Shown here: piece after piece, positions 50,724 through 60,273 of the stretch
Layout: each line of letters opens with the position of its first letter
Numbering within the stretch: position 1 is the stretch's first letter
Source of the DNA: Candidatus Iainarchaeum sp.
Lineage (GTDB): Archaea; Iainarchaeota; Iainarchaeia; Iainarchaeales; JAXPJC01
Assembly (NCBI GenBank): GCA_016187745.1
Contig: JACPJC010000007.1
Location: forward strand, 1 to 64,000
Direction: 5' to 3'
DNA length: 64,000 nucleotides
The notes under the pieces: model-generated
The model's database searches: none
Told to the model about the DNA's origin: nothing
The model's input: the letters and a program-made list of their open reading frames with translations, nothing else
Program-made: the position numbers and the translations under genes

Positions 50724-51002
50724 CTACTTATATGCGTCATCATGATGTTTGAATTTGTCAAAAAGAATATATCCTTCTTTCTTGGAAACCTTAAATAGAA
50801 GAACAAAACTCTTGGCTATATGCGCACGCTTGTAATCAGCCAGACTATGGCGAAGATTTTTGTAATGTTCTATGGTCCGTTCATCAGAGCTGATTATCTG
50901 CTTGATTTTCTTATTTAATATTCCAAGAGTTTTTTTGTCCTTCTTTTCAAGTATCCTGATTGTCGCCTTTAGTTCATCTGACAGGTCAAATGAAAAAGTC
51001 AT
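50724..51002 (-). CDS. RelE/YafQ-family toxin
   Basis: HYKNLRHSL..YKRAHI..SFVLLF..F.HHDDAY. Confidence 0.85.
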   Translation of the reverse strand: MTFSFDLSDELKATIRILEKKDKKTLGILNKKIKQIISSDERTIEHYKNLRHSLADYKRAHIAKSFVLLFKVSKKEGYILFDKFKHHDDAYK

Positions 51003-51281
51003 TCATTCGCCCCTGCATAGCCTGTCAAGCTCTTCAACACTCATGCTTCTGAATCCATATTTTTTAATATGCCTATCGCAGGATTCAATTACTTCCCTTA
51101 CAACTTCATCCTTTACTTCCTTGTCAATGAATTCATCAACAAAATCACCCCCGTACAGCTCCGCAAACTTGTCCAGCGCCTCGGATTTGTCGCGCAGGCC
51201 GTATTTTTCCTTAATTACCCCAAGCACCCTGTTGGTATAATCCTTGGCCCTCAGGTTCATGGTTACGGTTCTTCCTCTCAT
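51003..51281 (-). CDS. Antitoxin (DUF2683-like) of the RelE-type pair
   Basis: YTNRVLGVIKEKYGLRDKSEALD; abuts the toxin gene. Confidence 0.75.
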   Translation of the reverse strand: MRGRTVTMNLRAKDYTNRVLGVIKEKYGLRDKSEALDKFAELYGGDFVDEFIDKEVKDEVVREVIESCDRHIKKYGFRSMSVEELDRLCRGE

Positions 51282-51317
51282 GTTAGTCCTCCTAACATAG
51301 AATTAGTCCAACTAATT
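51280..51317. promoter_or_regulatory. Two TTAG-N5-CTAA palindromes, probable TA autoregulatory operators
   Basis: ATGTTAG-tcctc-CTAACAT and AATTAG-tccaa-CTAATT directly upstream of the antitoxin. Confidence 0.65.
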
Positions 51318-51361
51318 TATAAGGATTGCGCCTTACCCGGGCGATTTCCCAGCCATTGCAA

Positions 51362-54300
51362 TTAAGCGTTTTGCCCGGCCAGAATAAATGTGCTGTCGCC
51401 CTGCGGTATTACCTTGAATTGGTTCCATTGCAAATACATATTGTAAACGGCTTCATATTCCCTGTCCGCCAGGTCTGGCGTATGCTTGTTTTTCGGGTCA
51501 TTGTTATAATCCTTTAACGCATTAATGATCTGCTGCTTGCCAGAGTTGCTTGTAATGCCCTTTTCATGGAACCACCTTGCTGCGCATTCTATATTCTGCG
51601 CCGGCTCTTTGGAATCTGGATTGGCAACGTCGCAGCCCATTATATGATCGCTTGATGCAATGCCAAGGCCGCTCTTCAGAATGCCAACCGCAACAAGTAA
51701 TGCATCCGGCACATCCCTCCTTGTTCCGGGCCCAACTTCCCTGTGCGCAAGGCTTCCAATCAGGCCGCCATAATTCTCATAATATGCGATAATGTATTTT
51801 ACATCTTGCCTGTCAAATTTGCTGGCATCAGGCAATAGGCCGTACTCAGGCACAGGCTCAGAAAGCTCTTTCGGGTCGCATTCTTCAATCCATTTCACGT
51901 CCTTCACATTCTTCAGTTCACCTTCAACATCCACTATGGGGCCGGAAATTTTCCATTGCGTCTTTCCATCCTTCTCTTCCACATCAATCCTGTAGGTTGA
52001 ATATTTTACAAAATCAATGTCGCTTATCTGCCCGAAAGTGGGCCCATATGCGCTTACACCAACCACATTAAGCGTCGGCTGCAGCTGCGGGAACACATTG
52101 TGCATATATACACTATAGAAGAGCATTCCAATCGCGTCTTCAATGATTCCTGTAAGAAGCCCCTTCCCTACATTTATGAGATTTTCTTTACTAACCATGC
52201 TGGTAAAGAACCTGCTAAACCTCTTCATCGGAATCTGGTATGCGCCGCCGCTTTTCACGAATAAATCAGCATCTTTCCCAAATTCCTTCAGCACATTCTT
52301 TGCAATAACATTCTTTGTAAGATCGTCAGTAAGAGCCGCAGCTGGCTTCTTGGGCTTAACGCTGTTTAGCGCGCCTTTGATAGTTTCATCAATAAAGTCT
52401 TTTGGCGGCTTAAATTTTGCAACAAGTGTAACTCCAGTAGCCCTTGGTACCGGTACTGGTTCAAGTACTACAAGCCTTTCAACATTCTTAGTCAGAGAGG
52501 TTTTAATGTCATTTTTAATATTATCCCTGACTGTGCTAGGAACAGTGGTCTTAGAAAACTCTTCCAGTTTAGCGACTACGCTCTTGGTCAAATCTTCAGA
52601 TATGTTATCAATCTGGCCACTAACTTGTGTAACATAATGGGCTTTTTGCATAGCAGGAGTTATATCACCAATTGTACTCTCCTGAAGCACAGTTGCTCTT
52701 GATGCGTGATCCAGAATTTCCTGAGTCTTGAATATTTCTTCAGCGCTTTTCTCCCAGGTCTTCTTTAGAACATCTTCGGCATCTATCCCGAAATTAGTCT
52801 TATACTTATCAAACTCGGTGATAACCTTCACATTGTCAGCTGTTTTTTCAACTGCATCTGCCACTGCCTTGGTAAGGGAATCATCAAGGGTTTTTTCACC
52901 CAAGTATCTTTTTGCATTTTTGGTCATTGTTTCTTCTAGTGCCTTTGCGCGCTCTGTTACATAATTAGTGGCAGCTCCCCCAAAGAACTTTTCATTTTCT
53001 TGCTGGGCGATCTGCTCTGCAACTTGCTTGGCTGCGGCTTTGAAAGAAGATTCCGAAGGCAGGCCTTTTAGCCCTGGAATTGTGAGCCTCCCGCCATATC
53101 TTCCAATCAGTTCAACTGCCGCGGCGTTAGTAATGTCCCCATAGTATCTTTTAACAACCTCTGTATTTTGAGAAGCCAGCGCAGAAGCTGCATCGCCTTG
53201 CATGCCGCCCGGCTTAGGCACATATCCGAGAATTTTGAAAGTTTCCCTTCCGTTTTTGAAACTTGCCCAGCCTGCAGGAACTCCGCAGTTCCATATTACA
53301 TCAGCCACACCGCCAATGCCTGGCATCTTTAAGCTGCCGGCAATCATTGCGGCAATTCCGCAAGCCGCAAAGTAAACTCCTATCCCTGATTCCTGCAGCC
53401 AGAAGCGCTTAGTTTCATAGGCGGTCTGGCCTGGCTGTTGCGTGTTGGCCAATTGCTGTTTTGCATTGTCCAGGCGCGTATAAGCATCAGGCACCAGTTT
53501 GATTTTGCCCATGTTGATTTTTTCAGGCCCCCCGCCCCAAACAGCATTCGCATAATAGCTGCCGGGCTTTACTTCTCCCTTCGCAAGCTTGCTCATAAGC
53601 CTTACCGGATGTATGCCGCACATCTGCAGTTTTACATTTGCCTCTTCAGCAGTTCTTGCAGGATCGTCCTTGCTCTGCGCCGAAATTGCAACCTCCTTGT
53701 TATGGGCATCGGCAATAAAGTTATCCGGCTTAACGCACAGCTTATAGGGGTGCTCCCACTTCTTTTCCTTTTCAAACCATTTGAGCGAGAGCGCCTCATC
53801 CTTCCCTATTTCCCTTTTTTCTTCTGCACTTTCAATCCATAATTTTGAAATTCCGCGCAGATTCGGCTCAAGCGTTCTGCTTTCAGTCTTTACCTTTTCG
53901 CTGATATCGGAAACAACAGAATACTCGCAGCATGAAGCCCCGCCCGTGTGCATCTTTAAGATACCTTCCTTGCAGCTCTCAATCTTGAATTCCCCAATCT
54001 CCTTCGTAGAGCGCAGCTTTAGCGAGAGCAGATTGGCTGTGATGCAGGAGTCCTTGGAAATTGCGGCATTCTTCAGCTCGCGGATTGCCTTTCCTGCCTC
54101 TGCTGCAATTTCCTTCTGCTGCCCGCTCTGCACGTTAAGCGCCTCATTTATGTTTGCATAGAGAGTTTTCTGCGAATCCGCGCTCCCCCTTCCCTCTTTG
54201 GAAGCATCCCCGGAGCTCTGCAGGCTCAATTGCACAACAGCGCCCTCAACCCCCCCGACAGCCAGCTGCACATGGTTTGAGGCGCTTGAATTCACAACCC

Positions 54301-57300
54301 TCTCCTCCTTGTTGAAAAGGGTTTTCGCAAAATCAGTTGCAATTGCATTCAATTTATCATTGCTGTTTGCAACAGTTGCAAGCCAGCTTTCCTTTGGATC
54401 TGAAACCCCGCGGGATGCATCAACCGGAAGGAAATTCATTGCATTGTAAATGTAATTGTCGCATTCCGCGGTTGCTTCCCTTTGTGAAACCTCAATAAGC
54501 ACATTCATCTGCTCTGTTGCTATTGCGCTTCCCTGTATGGGAACCGCGCCGTTGATTTTTACCTTGTAGCGCCCGCAGCCCTTTATTGCACCGGCAATTG
54601 CAAGATGGTTGCCCCATCCGCTCCTTGCAACATTTGTCTCAAACTCCTGCGCATTTGCAACATACTGCACATAGTAAGGGCCTAGCATGCCTGATTTTTC
54701 GCTTATTACGCTCTTGAGCATATCAGGGCTTAAATTGTCAAGCTGCAAATAGGCGGTAAAGCTTTCGGTTTGAACGCCCAGCTGCGAGAACATGCAGTAA
54801 TTCGCAAACCTTTCGCAGTTTGTGTTGAATACCTCGCTTCCGAAATTAAGGACCTTCAGCTTCGCGTCATTCATCTTGCTCTCAATCCTTTTAATCAGGA
54901 ATGAGGCGAACTGCTCCGCATCGCAGTATGCAGTGTCGCAGTTGTCTGTTTTTGCGATTTTAGGGAATTTAATTTTCGCATATCCCTCCTTGTCGCAGTA
55001 TTTCACTTCAACTTCCCCTGTAGAAGGCCCGGAAGATTCAGCGCCCTTTCCCAATTCAACTTTTATTGTAAAGCGCTCGGAATTCGTCCACTTGAAGCTC
55101 CTTATCATGAATGCCGCAAGGAATGCGCTCAGCGTTCCGGATTGCGCCTGGTTTTTTGTAAGGGCAAGGCGCATTTCAGCCTTCTGCATGGGCTGCAGCG
55201 TAACATCCGACGGAATCATCACAAGCGGGTTTGTGGAAAACGCGTCCTTGGGCTCAAGCGCAGCAATCCTTATTTCCTCGTTGCACGTGTTGTATGCCGT
55301 AATCTTCTGCTCTATTATCTGGCCGTCAACTTTGGTGGAGGAGAATTCAAGCGGGTTTGTTTCCGGGGTTATTTTCAGGCAGATCGGAGCGCTCACATGT
55401 ATTGTAAGGAGTATCCTTCTCAGCTCATATTCCTGCCCGTTTATTGTCCCATTGACAACAATTGTCCCCTGAACCACCTGCCCTTTTGAAGAATCCGATT
55501 TTGCGACAATGAATGCCGGGGGAGTAAGCGTCCTTCCCTTCTGCAGCGTTTCCACAGGGTATTTTGGAAGGAACTCAACATTCACATTCTGCAGGAAAGC
55601 CGGCTCCATGCTGAATGTGATGTGCGAAATCTCAAACTCGGAGCCGTTCCTTATGAAGAGAGGCACTTCGCTTATTGCAAACTGGTCGTTCCGGGTCTGC
55701 GCAAGCCACATCTCAATATTTGAGGGGGCGGTAAGCGCGAAGTACTTGTTCCATATTACCACTTCCACAGGAAGCGTTTTTGTGAGCGCATCGGATTTGT
55801 AGACTATTTCATAGCTGAAGCTTCTGCGGTTGAAGAATTTCCTGTCCAGTTCGTTTGAGGCATCTATGCGAATGGTTGCGGTTTCTTCAGCAGTTCCTGC
55901 GGCTCCCAAAGTAATTGAATCCGCCGAAATAATAATGTCCTTGTCAGCAGTGCCCTTTGCCCTTATCTCAGGGTCGAGCGCAAGCGGAACATTGCATGTA
56001 TTTTTTACGGTAAGCGTTGCAGATTCGCTTGAGCCCTTGTCATCAAGCAGATAGAATTTAAGCGAAGAAACGCTGAACTCAAGGCAGCCCTGCTCCAGCT
56101 CCCTGTTGTAAGTTGCAATAATCCGTGTTTTTGTTGAGGTTACATAGCTTCCCGCAACTGTTCCGCGGATAATCAAATCAGCTTCCGCATGCTCCCTTTC
56201 CTTTTTGCCGGAGTATTCCGCAATTACAGTAACATTCTGCCTCGCGCCCGAAGGAAGGGAGGAAGGAACGGCAACAGTGATTTCCATTTCTTCCGGGAAT
56301 CCCGGGGATTTCACAATCTCATAATCAATAGCATCAATAAGTTCCGGGGAAGCGTTTGAAAGGTCCGCAAATGCCTCTGCGCTTTCAGTTCCCTTCGGAA
56401 TGTCAACTTCAATGCTTTCTGCAATTGAAAGCAGGCCCTCCTTCCCTATTGCTATTTGCGTAGCGTATGATTTGTAATTCTCCGCGGAAGCCTCAACTAA
56501 AAGAATTCCCGCATCAAACCCGTTCTTCACAAGATACTGCCCGCCTGCGCCCTTGTCTGTTGTTGCATCCCCAACAATTGTCTGCAATAATTCCCCTGTT
56601 GATTTTTTCAGCTGCAATTGCGCCTTTTCCACAGGATTCCCGTCAATATCCTTAACGACAATCCTGAAATCCTGCCCGAACAAAACATCCTTCGGGCTTG
56701 TTTCAATGTACATTTCCTTCTCAACATAGATATTGAAATAGAAATTCTCGCTCAATACGCTCTCCCCTGAAATTATCTGCGAGGTAATGTAGGAGTTTTC
56801 AGCGGAATTTGCCCTGAAGTAGGCCCATATTTTTGTCTCCTCGTTTGCAATCGCCTGCACATCATCAATCTGCAGTTCAGTGTCGCTTTTATTATTATCA
56901 GCAATTTCAGTGAATCGCATCACCTCATATCCTGTAAATGCGATTTTCGGGAGCGTGCGCGAAGTGCTCAATTTTATTGTAGCGGAAACATCCTTGTCCG
57001 GCTTCAATGCAATTTCAAGCGCATAGGCATTCCCCTTTACCGCCTTGAAGTTCTCTGGTGAAAATTCATTTCCCATCGCATCAATGAATCTGTAGCTTGC
57101 GCAAAGCTCATTCTCGCACGTTGGAATAGTCTCAAACACCGAAATTTCGGCATCATTTGTGCCTGCATACAGCCCTGTGCGCTCAGAAGTGTACTGCGCA
57201 TCAGCGAGGAGCGCATCTTCCGGAGCCCTGTAATAGCGGTTTGCAATTATTGCCCATGCGCGGTAATGCACATCAATTTTGTCCGCAGTAATTGTTTCCT

Positions 57301-59488
57301 TTGCCTTTATTCTCACTTTTATTATGCGCGTTCCGTTGGGATTTGAATCAAAGTAAAGCTCAAGCCACTTGCTGTACTGTCCAGGAGTTCCGGAATTCTG
57401 CAAATCAATACCCTCATTTCCCGGCTCAGGGAAGGGAGAGTATGTGCGCCCGTAGAAATAGCGCGCCCCAATAACATTAAATCCGAGTATTCCAACATCA
57501 TCCTGGTCAACATTGCTTATGGCATCATTCCCGACCCTTACATGCACCCCTGCAGTGTATTTTCCCGCGGGCCATACTGTTTCGAATTTAAGGTAATAAT
57601 CCTGCCCCTTTGAAATTCCCTTAACCTCTTTCTCGGATGCATCATAAACCCCGAGCAATTTTATCTGCGGCGCAAGCGTATCGGATGTTTCCCCGCCAAT
57701 CTGTATTGTAATTTCATCCTTCCCCTCAACGCTCACTTCCTCCTCATATTCCTTCCCGTCCGAAGTTGTAATGCGCACTTTCAGGAATTTGTTTCCCTGC
57801 GTGTCAACAATTATGTATCCGTTTGTAATATTGCCATCAAAGAGCAGATTCCCTGCCGCGTCCTCAACCCTCACAGTTCCTGATTTCAGCGGATTTCCAA
57901 ATTCATCAAGGAGATTAATAACAACGAGGTTTGCGGGATGGGAAAGGGTTATGTATAATTTATTGAATGTTGCCGCCTGAATTGCAATATTCCCATCAGC
58001 GCTCTCCGCGCCCTTAACCGCATTTACAAAAACATTTGCGCCAATAGCAAGCGTTGCTGCCGCATATCCCGTTACATCAGTGCGCATCTGCGGAATTCCC
58101 AGCGGCTGCTTCTCGCTCTCGGCGAACTCATAGAAGTTAAGCACAGCATCATTTGCCGCATTTCCCTTTGAATCGGAAACAAATATCCCAAGGCTTGCGG
58201 AATTGAGGGTTGTAATGCGCTCAAGCGCAAGAGTTATGCTTTTTCCAACTTGTATTGGAACAATCCTCATTCTTGCAGGCAAATAATTTGAATTGTATGC
58301 TGTAACAAAATAAGTGAAATCCGCATTCAGGTCCCTGAACTCAACGCTTCCCCCAAACCCTGTTTTATTATAGTCAATCATTTCCAGATTTGAATTGAAG
58401 AGCATTACCTCCGCATTCATTATGGGCTGGGAATCGACCCTGCTGCTGACATTAACCTGCAGAATGCTCCCGCCCTTCTGCATGTAAACATTCCATGTTT
58501 CCTCGTCGCTTCTTAGTGTGCGGTCCTCATTTGATTCGCTTGAATCGTATTTCACATAATTTTCCCTGCTCACCGCAATCCTTATTGAAGTTCCCTTTTC
58601 TATTGCCAGAGTTGCCTGCCCGTCCTTATCCACAACATCGGTTATGAGCCCGGAATCGGATTTATCATAAACCTGTATGCGCGCATTCTGCATAAGCAGG
58701 TTTGTTGAGGCGTCATAGACATTTATGAGCAGTGTTGATTTTCCGAGAAGCCCTGCTGCCTTCGGAACAAGCGCAACCTCATATAAATTATTTGAATCAA
58801 ATGATTTTGTTATTTCATCGCTCTCATACGCATCGCTTTCAACCTGCAGGGTTATTGATTCGCCTTTTGGGATATTGAGCAGCCTTACTACCCCGTTATT
58901 GTCAGTTTCAGAAACAATTTCCTTCGCATCCCAGCGCGCTGTCACTTTTGCATTCCTTATGACATCCCCTGTTTCCTCATCAATGAAGCGCAGCATTCCA
59001 ATTATTGGTTCGATTATTTTCTCAAGCACCAATGAAGCCGCCATTTCCCTGTCCTTTATCTGCACAATGCTCTGGGAAGCCTTATACCCTGTTTTTGCCC
59101 CGCGGATTGTAAGCTCGTCCCCGGGTTTCACTCCTGAAAGCGCAACAACATCATTGTTCCCGAAGGTTTTTGAGGGAAGATTCAACTGCGCCCCATCCTC
59201 ATTGAATATTGAAACCGAAACCCCGTAAAGCCCTGAATTCTCATTGTCAGTAATGCTCAATCTCAAATTAACATTCCACGCGCCGCCGAAAAGCGCAAAT
59301 CCCGCAACAAGCGCAATTATTATCCCTATAACCGCAACAGTGAACGGAAACGCGGGAATCCCCTTATTGTCAAGGAAGTCCGCATACGCATAAACCGGAA
59401 TCCCCTTCCCATCCAGGAAATCCAGCACACTATAGAAGCCGTCCTCAATCTTCGTATAAGCGCCAAGAAGCGCAGAGCTTATTGCCAT
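51362..59488 (-). CDS. Giant surface protein paralog 4 (2708 aa) with hydrophobic helices and C-terminal SLT/lysozyme-like domain
   Basis: EDGFY N-motif, TM, prealbumin-like repeats, CDAEQF; tail VPDALLVAVGILKSG..PAQNIECAARWF..ALKDYN. Confidence 0.9.
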   Translation of the reverse strand: MAISSALLGAYTKIEDGFYSVLDFLDGKGIPVYAYADFLDNKGIPAFPFTVAVIGIIIALVAGFALFGGAWNVNLRLSITDNENSGLYGVSVSIFNEDGAQLNLPSKTFGNNDVVALSGVKPGDELTIRGAKTGYKASQSIVQIKDREMAASLVLEKIIEPIIGMLRFIDEETGDVIRNAKVTARWDAKEIVSETDNNGVVRLLNIPKGESITLQVESDAYESDEITKSFDSNNLYEVALVPKAAGLLGKSTLLINVYDASTNLLMQNARIQVYDKSDSGLITDVVDKDGQATLAIEKGTSIRIAVSRENYVKYDSSESNEDRTLRSDEETWNVYMQKGGSILQVNVSSRVDSQPIMNAEVMLFNSNLEMIDYNKTGFGGSVEFRDLNADFTYFVTAYNSNYLPARMRIVPIQVGKSITLALERITTLNSASLGIFVSDSKGNAANDAVLNFYEFAESEKQPLGIPQMRTDVTGYAAATLAIGANVFVNAVKGAESADGNIAIQAATFNKLYITLSHPANLVVINLLDEFGNPLKSGTVRVEDAAGNLLFDGNITNGYIIVDTQGNKFLKVRITTSDGKEYEEEVSVEGKDEITIQIGGETSDTLAPQIKLLGVYDASEKEVKGISKGQDYYLKFETVWPAGKYTAGVHVRVGNDAISNVDQDDVGILGFNVIGARYFYGRTYSPFPEPGNEGIDLQNSGTPGQYSKWLELYFDSNPNGTRIIKVRIKAKETITADKIDVHYRAWAIIANRYYRAPEDALLADAQYTSERTGLYAGTNDAEISVFETIPTCENELCASYRFIDAMGNEFSPENFKAVKGNAYALEIALKPDKDVSATIKLSTSRTLPKIAFTGYEVMRFTEIADNNKSDTELQIDDVQAIANEETKIWAYFRANSAENSYITSQIISGESVLSENFYFNIYVEKEMYIETSPKDVLFGQDFRIVVKDIDGNPVEKAQLQLKKSTGELLQTIVGDATTDKGAGGQYLVKNGFDAGILLVEASAENYKSYATQIAIGKEGLLSIAESIEVDIPKGTESAEAFADLSNASPELIDAIDYEIVKSPGFPEEMEITVAVPSSLPSGARQNVTVIAEYSGKKEREHAEADLIIRGTVAGSYVTSTKTRIIATYNRELEQGCLEFSVSSLKFYLLDDKGSSESATLTVKNTCNVPLALDPEIRAKGTADKDIIISADSITLGAAGTAEETATIRIDASNELDRKFFNRRSFSYEIVYKSDALTKTLPVEVVIWNKYFALTAPSNIEMWLAQTRNDQFAISEVPLFIRNGSEFEISHITFSMEPAFLQNVNVEFLPKYPVETLQKGRTLTPPAFIVAKSDSSKGQVVQGTIVVNGTINGQEYELRRILLTIHVSAPICLKITPETNPLEFSSTKVDGQIIEQKITAYNTCNEEIRIAALEPKDAFSTNPLVMIPSDVTLQPMQKAEMRLALTKNQAQSGTLSAFLAAFMIRSFKWTNSERFTIKVELGKGAESSGPSTGEVEVKYCDKEGYAKIKFPKIAKTDNCDTAYCDAEQFASFLIKRIESKMNDAKLKVLNFGSEVFNTNCERFANYCMFSQLGVQTESFTAYLQLDNLSPDMLKSVISEKSGMLGPYYVQYVANAQEFETNVARSGWGNHLAIAGAIKGCGRYKVKINGAVPIQGSAIATEQMNVLIEVSQREATAECDNYIYNAMNFLPVDASRGVSDPKESWLATVANSNDKLNAIATDFAKTLFNKEERVVNSSASNHVQLAVGGVEGAVVQLSLQSSGDASKEGRGSADSQKTLYANINEALNVQSGQQKEIAAEAGKAIRELKNAAISKDSCITANLLSLKLRSTKEIGEFKIESCKEGILKMHTGGASCCEYSVVSDISEKVKTESRTLEPNLRGISKLWIESAEEKREIGKDEALSLKWFEKEKKWEHPYKLCVKPDNFIADAHNKEVAISAQSKDDPARTAEEANVKLQMCGIHPVRLMSKLAKGEVKPGSYYANAVWGGGPEKINMGKIKLVPDAYTRLDNAKQQLANTQQPGQTAYETKRFWLQESGIGVYFAACGIAAMIAGSLKMPGIGGVADVIWNCGVPAGWASFKNGRETFKILGYVPKPGGMQGDAASALASQNTEVVKRYYGDITNAAAVELIGRYGGRLTIPGLKGLPSESSFKAAAKQVAEQIAQQENEKFFGGAATNYVTERAKALEETMTKNAKRYLGEKTLDDSLTKAVADAVEKTADNVKVITEFDKYKTNFGIDAEDVLKKTWEKSAEEIFKTQEILDHASRATVLQESTIGDITPAMQKAHYVTQVSGQIDNISEDLTKSVVAKLEEFSKTTVPSTVRDNIKNDIKTSLTKNVERLVVLEPVPVPRATGVTLVAKFKPPKDFIDETIKGALNSVKPKKPAAALTDDLTKNVIAKNVLKEFGKDADLFVKSGGAYQIPMKRFSRFFTSMVSKENLINVGKGLLTGIIEDAIGMLFYSVYMHNVFPQLQPTLNVVGVSAYGPTFGQISDIDFVKYSTYRIDVEEKDGKTQWKISGPIVDVEGELKNVKDVKWIEECDPKELSEPVPEYGLLPDASKFDRQDVKYIIAYYENYGGLIGSLAHREVGPGTRRDVPDALLVAVGILKSGLGIASSDHIMGCDVANPDSKEPAQNIECAARWFHEKGITSNSGKQQIINALKDYNNDPKNKHTPDLADREYEAVYNMYLQWNQFKVIPQGDSTFILAGQNA

Positions 59489-59574
59489 ACCATAACCTTC
59501 GCCAAATGTAATTAATTAATGCTCCTTTCCCCTTATTATATTTATTTGATTATAGTAGCCATTATATTTAAACT

Positions 59575-60177
59575 TTATCTGCCCGCAGCCCAATTCTGCC
59601 ACGCGTAATAGAAGCCCGCAATGGCAATGAGCAGCGAAATCCTGAAGAGCAGGTCATGCGAAATTTCCGCAATGCGCAAATCCAGATTTATAAGCAAAAA
59701 AATTGTTATGAGTATGCGGAGCAGGTTGAAAATGAAAACCGCGATGAATGCGGCTATTGCGCCAATAATGCGCTTTCTCATATCAATCCCGAAGCTCGCG
59801 AGTATTGCCGCGATCAGGAGAAATGTTTCAAGCGCGCCTGTGCACAGATAGCTTATGAATATCTGCAGGCCGTTCGGGAAAAGCGCAACAACAGGCTCCA
59901 TTCCTGCATTTACGCTTGCCTGCACTCCAAATGCCCCGAAAATGAATGCCACAATGCTTGCAATTGCGCTTTCATAAATCTGCAAAGGAACAATAAGGAA
60001 AAAGGCAGTGTGCAGGAGCGCAAATGCCGCAATTATTGCAATTATGAATTTTGCCGCCTGAATTGCATTGCCCCTGTTCAGCTTGAATTTAAGCAGATGC
60101 TCGGCGGATTTTTTTATGTTTTTTTTTGAGCTTTTTGCAACATTCTTTTTAACTTTTGCCTTTCTTTTGCCCCGCAT
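59575..60177 (-). CDS. Archaeosortase/exosortase family membrane protease
   Basis: Cys-Arg-His triad: YLCTG, FNLLRI, HDLLFR; start reassigned to MRGKRK. Confidence 0.85.
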   Translation of the reverse strand: MRGKRKAKVKKNVAKSSKKNIKKSAEHLLKFKLNRGNAIQAAKFIIAIIAAFALLHTAFFLIVPLQIYESAIASIVAFIFGAFGVQASVNAGMEPVVALFPNGLQIFISYLCTGALETFLLIAAILASFGIDMRKRIIGAIAAFIAVFIFNLLRILITIFLLINLDLRIAEISHDLLFRISLLIAIAGFYYAWQNWAAGR

Positions 60178-60273
60178 GCTAACTATATAAAAATAAGGAT
60201 TATATATAAGTTTGTTGTGCAATTGGCAGCTGTATCAAATCTGCACAAAGCATCAAACTGGCATTTTGTTTAT

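Noticed and set aside
23976-59228. Numerous short plus-strand ORFs inside the giant genes
   Set aside because: Antisense shadow ORFs with no recognisable motifs
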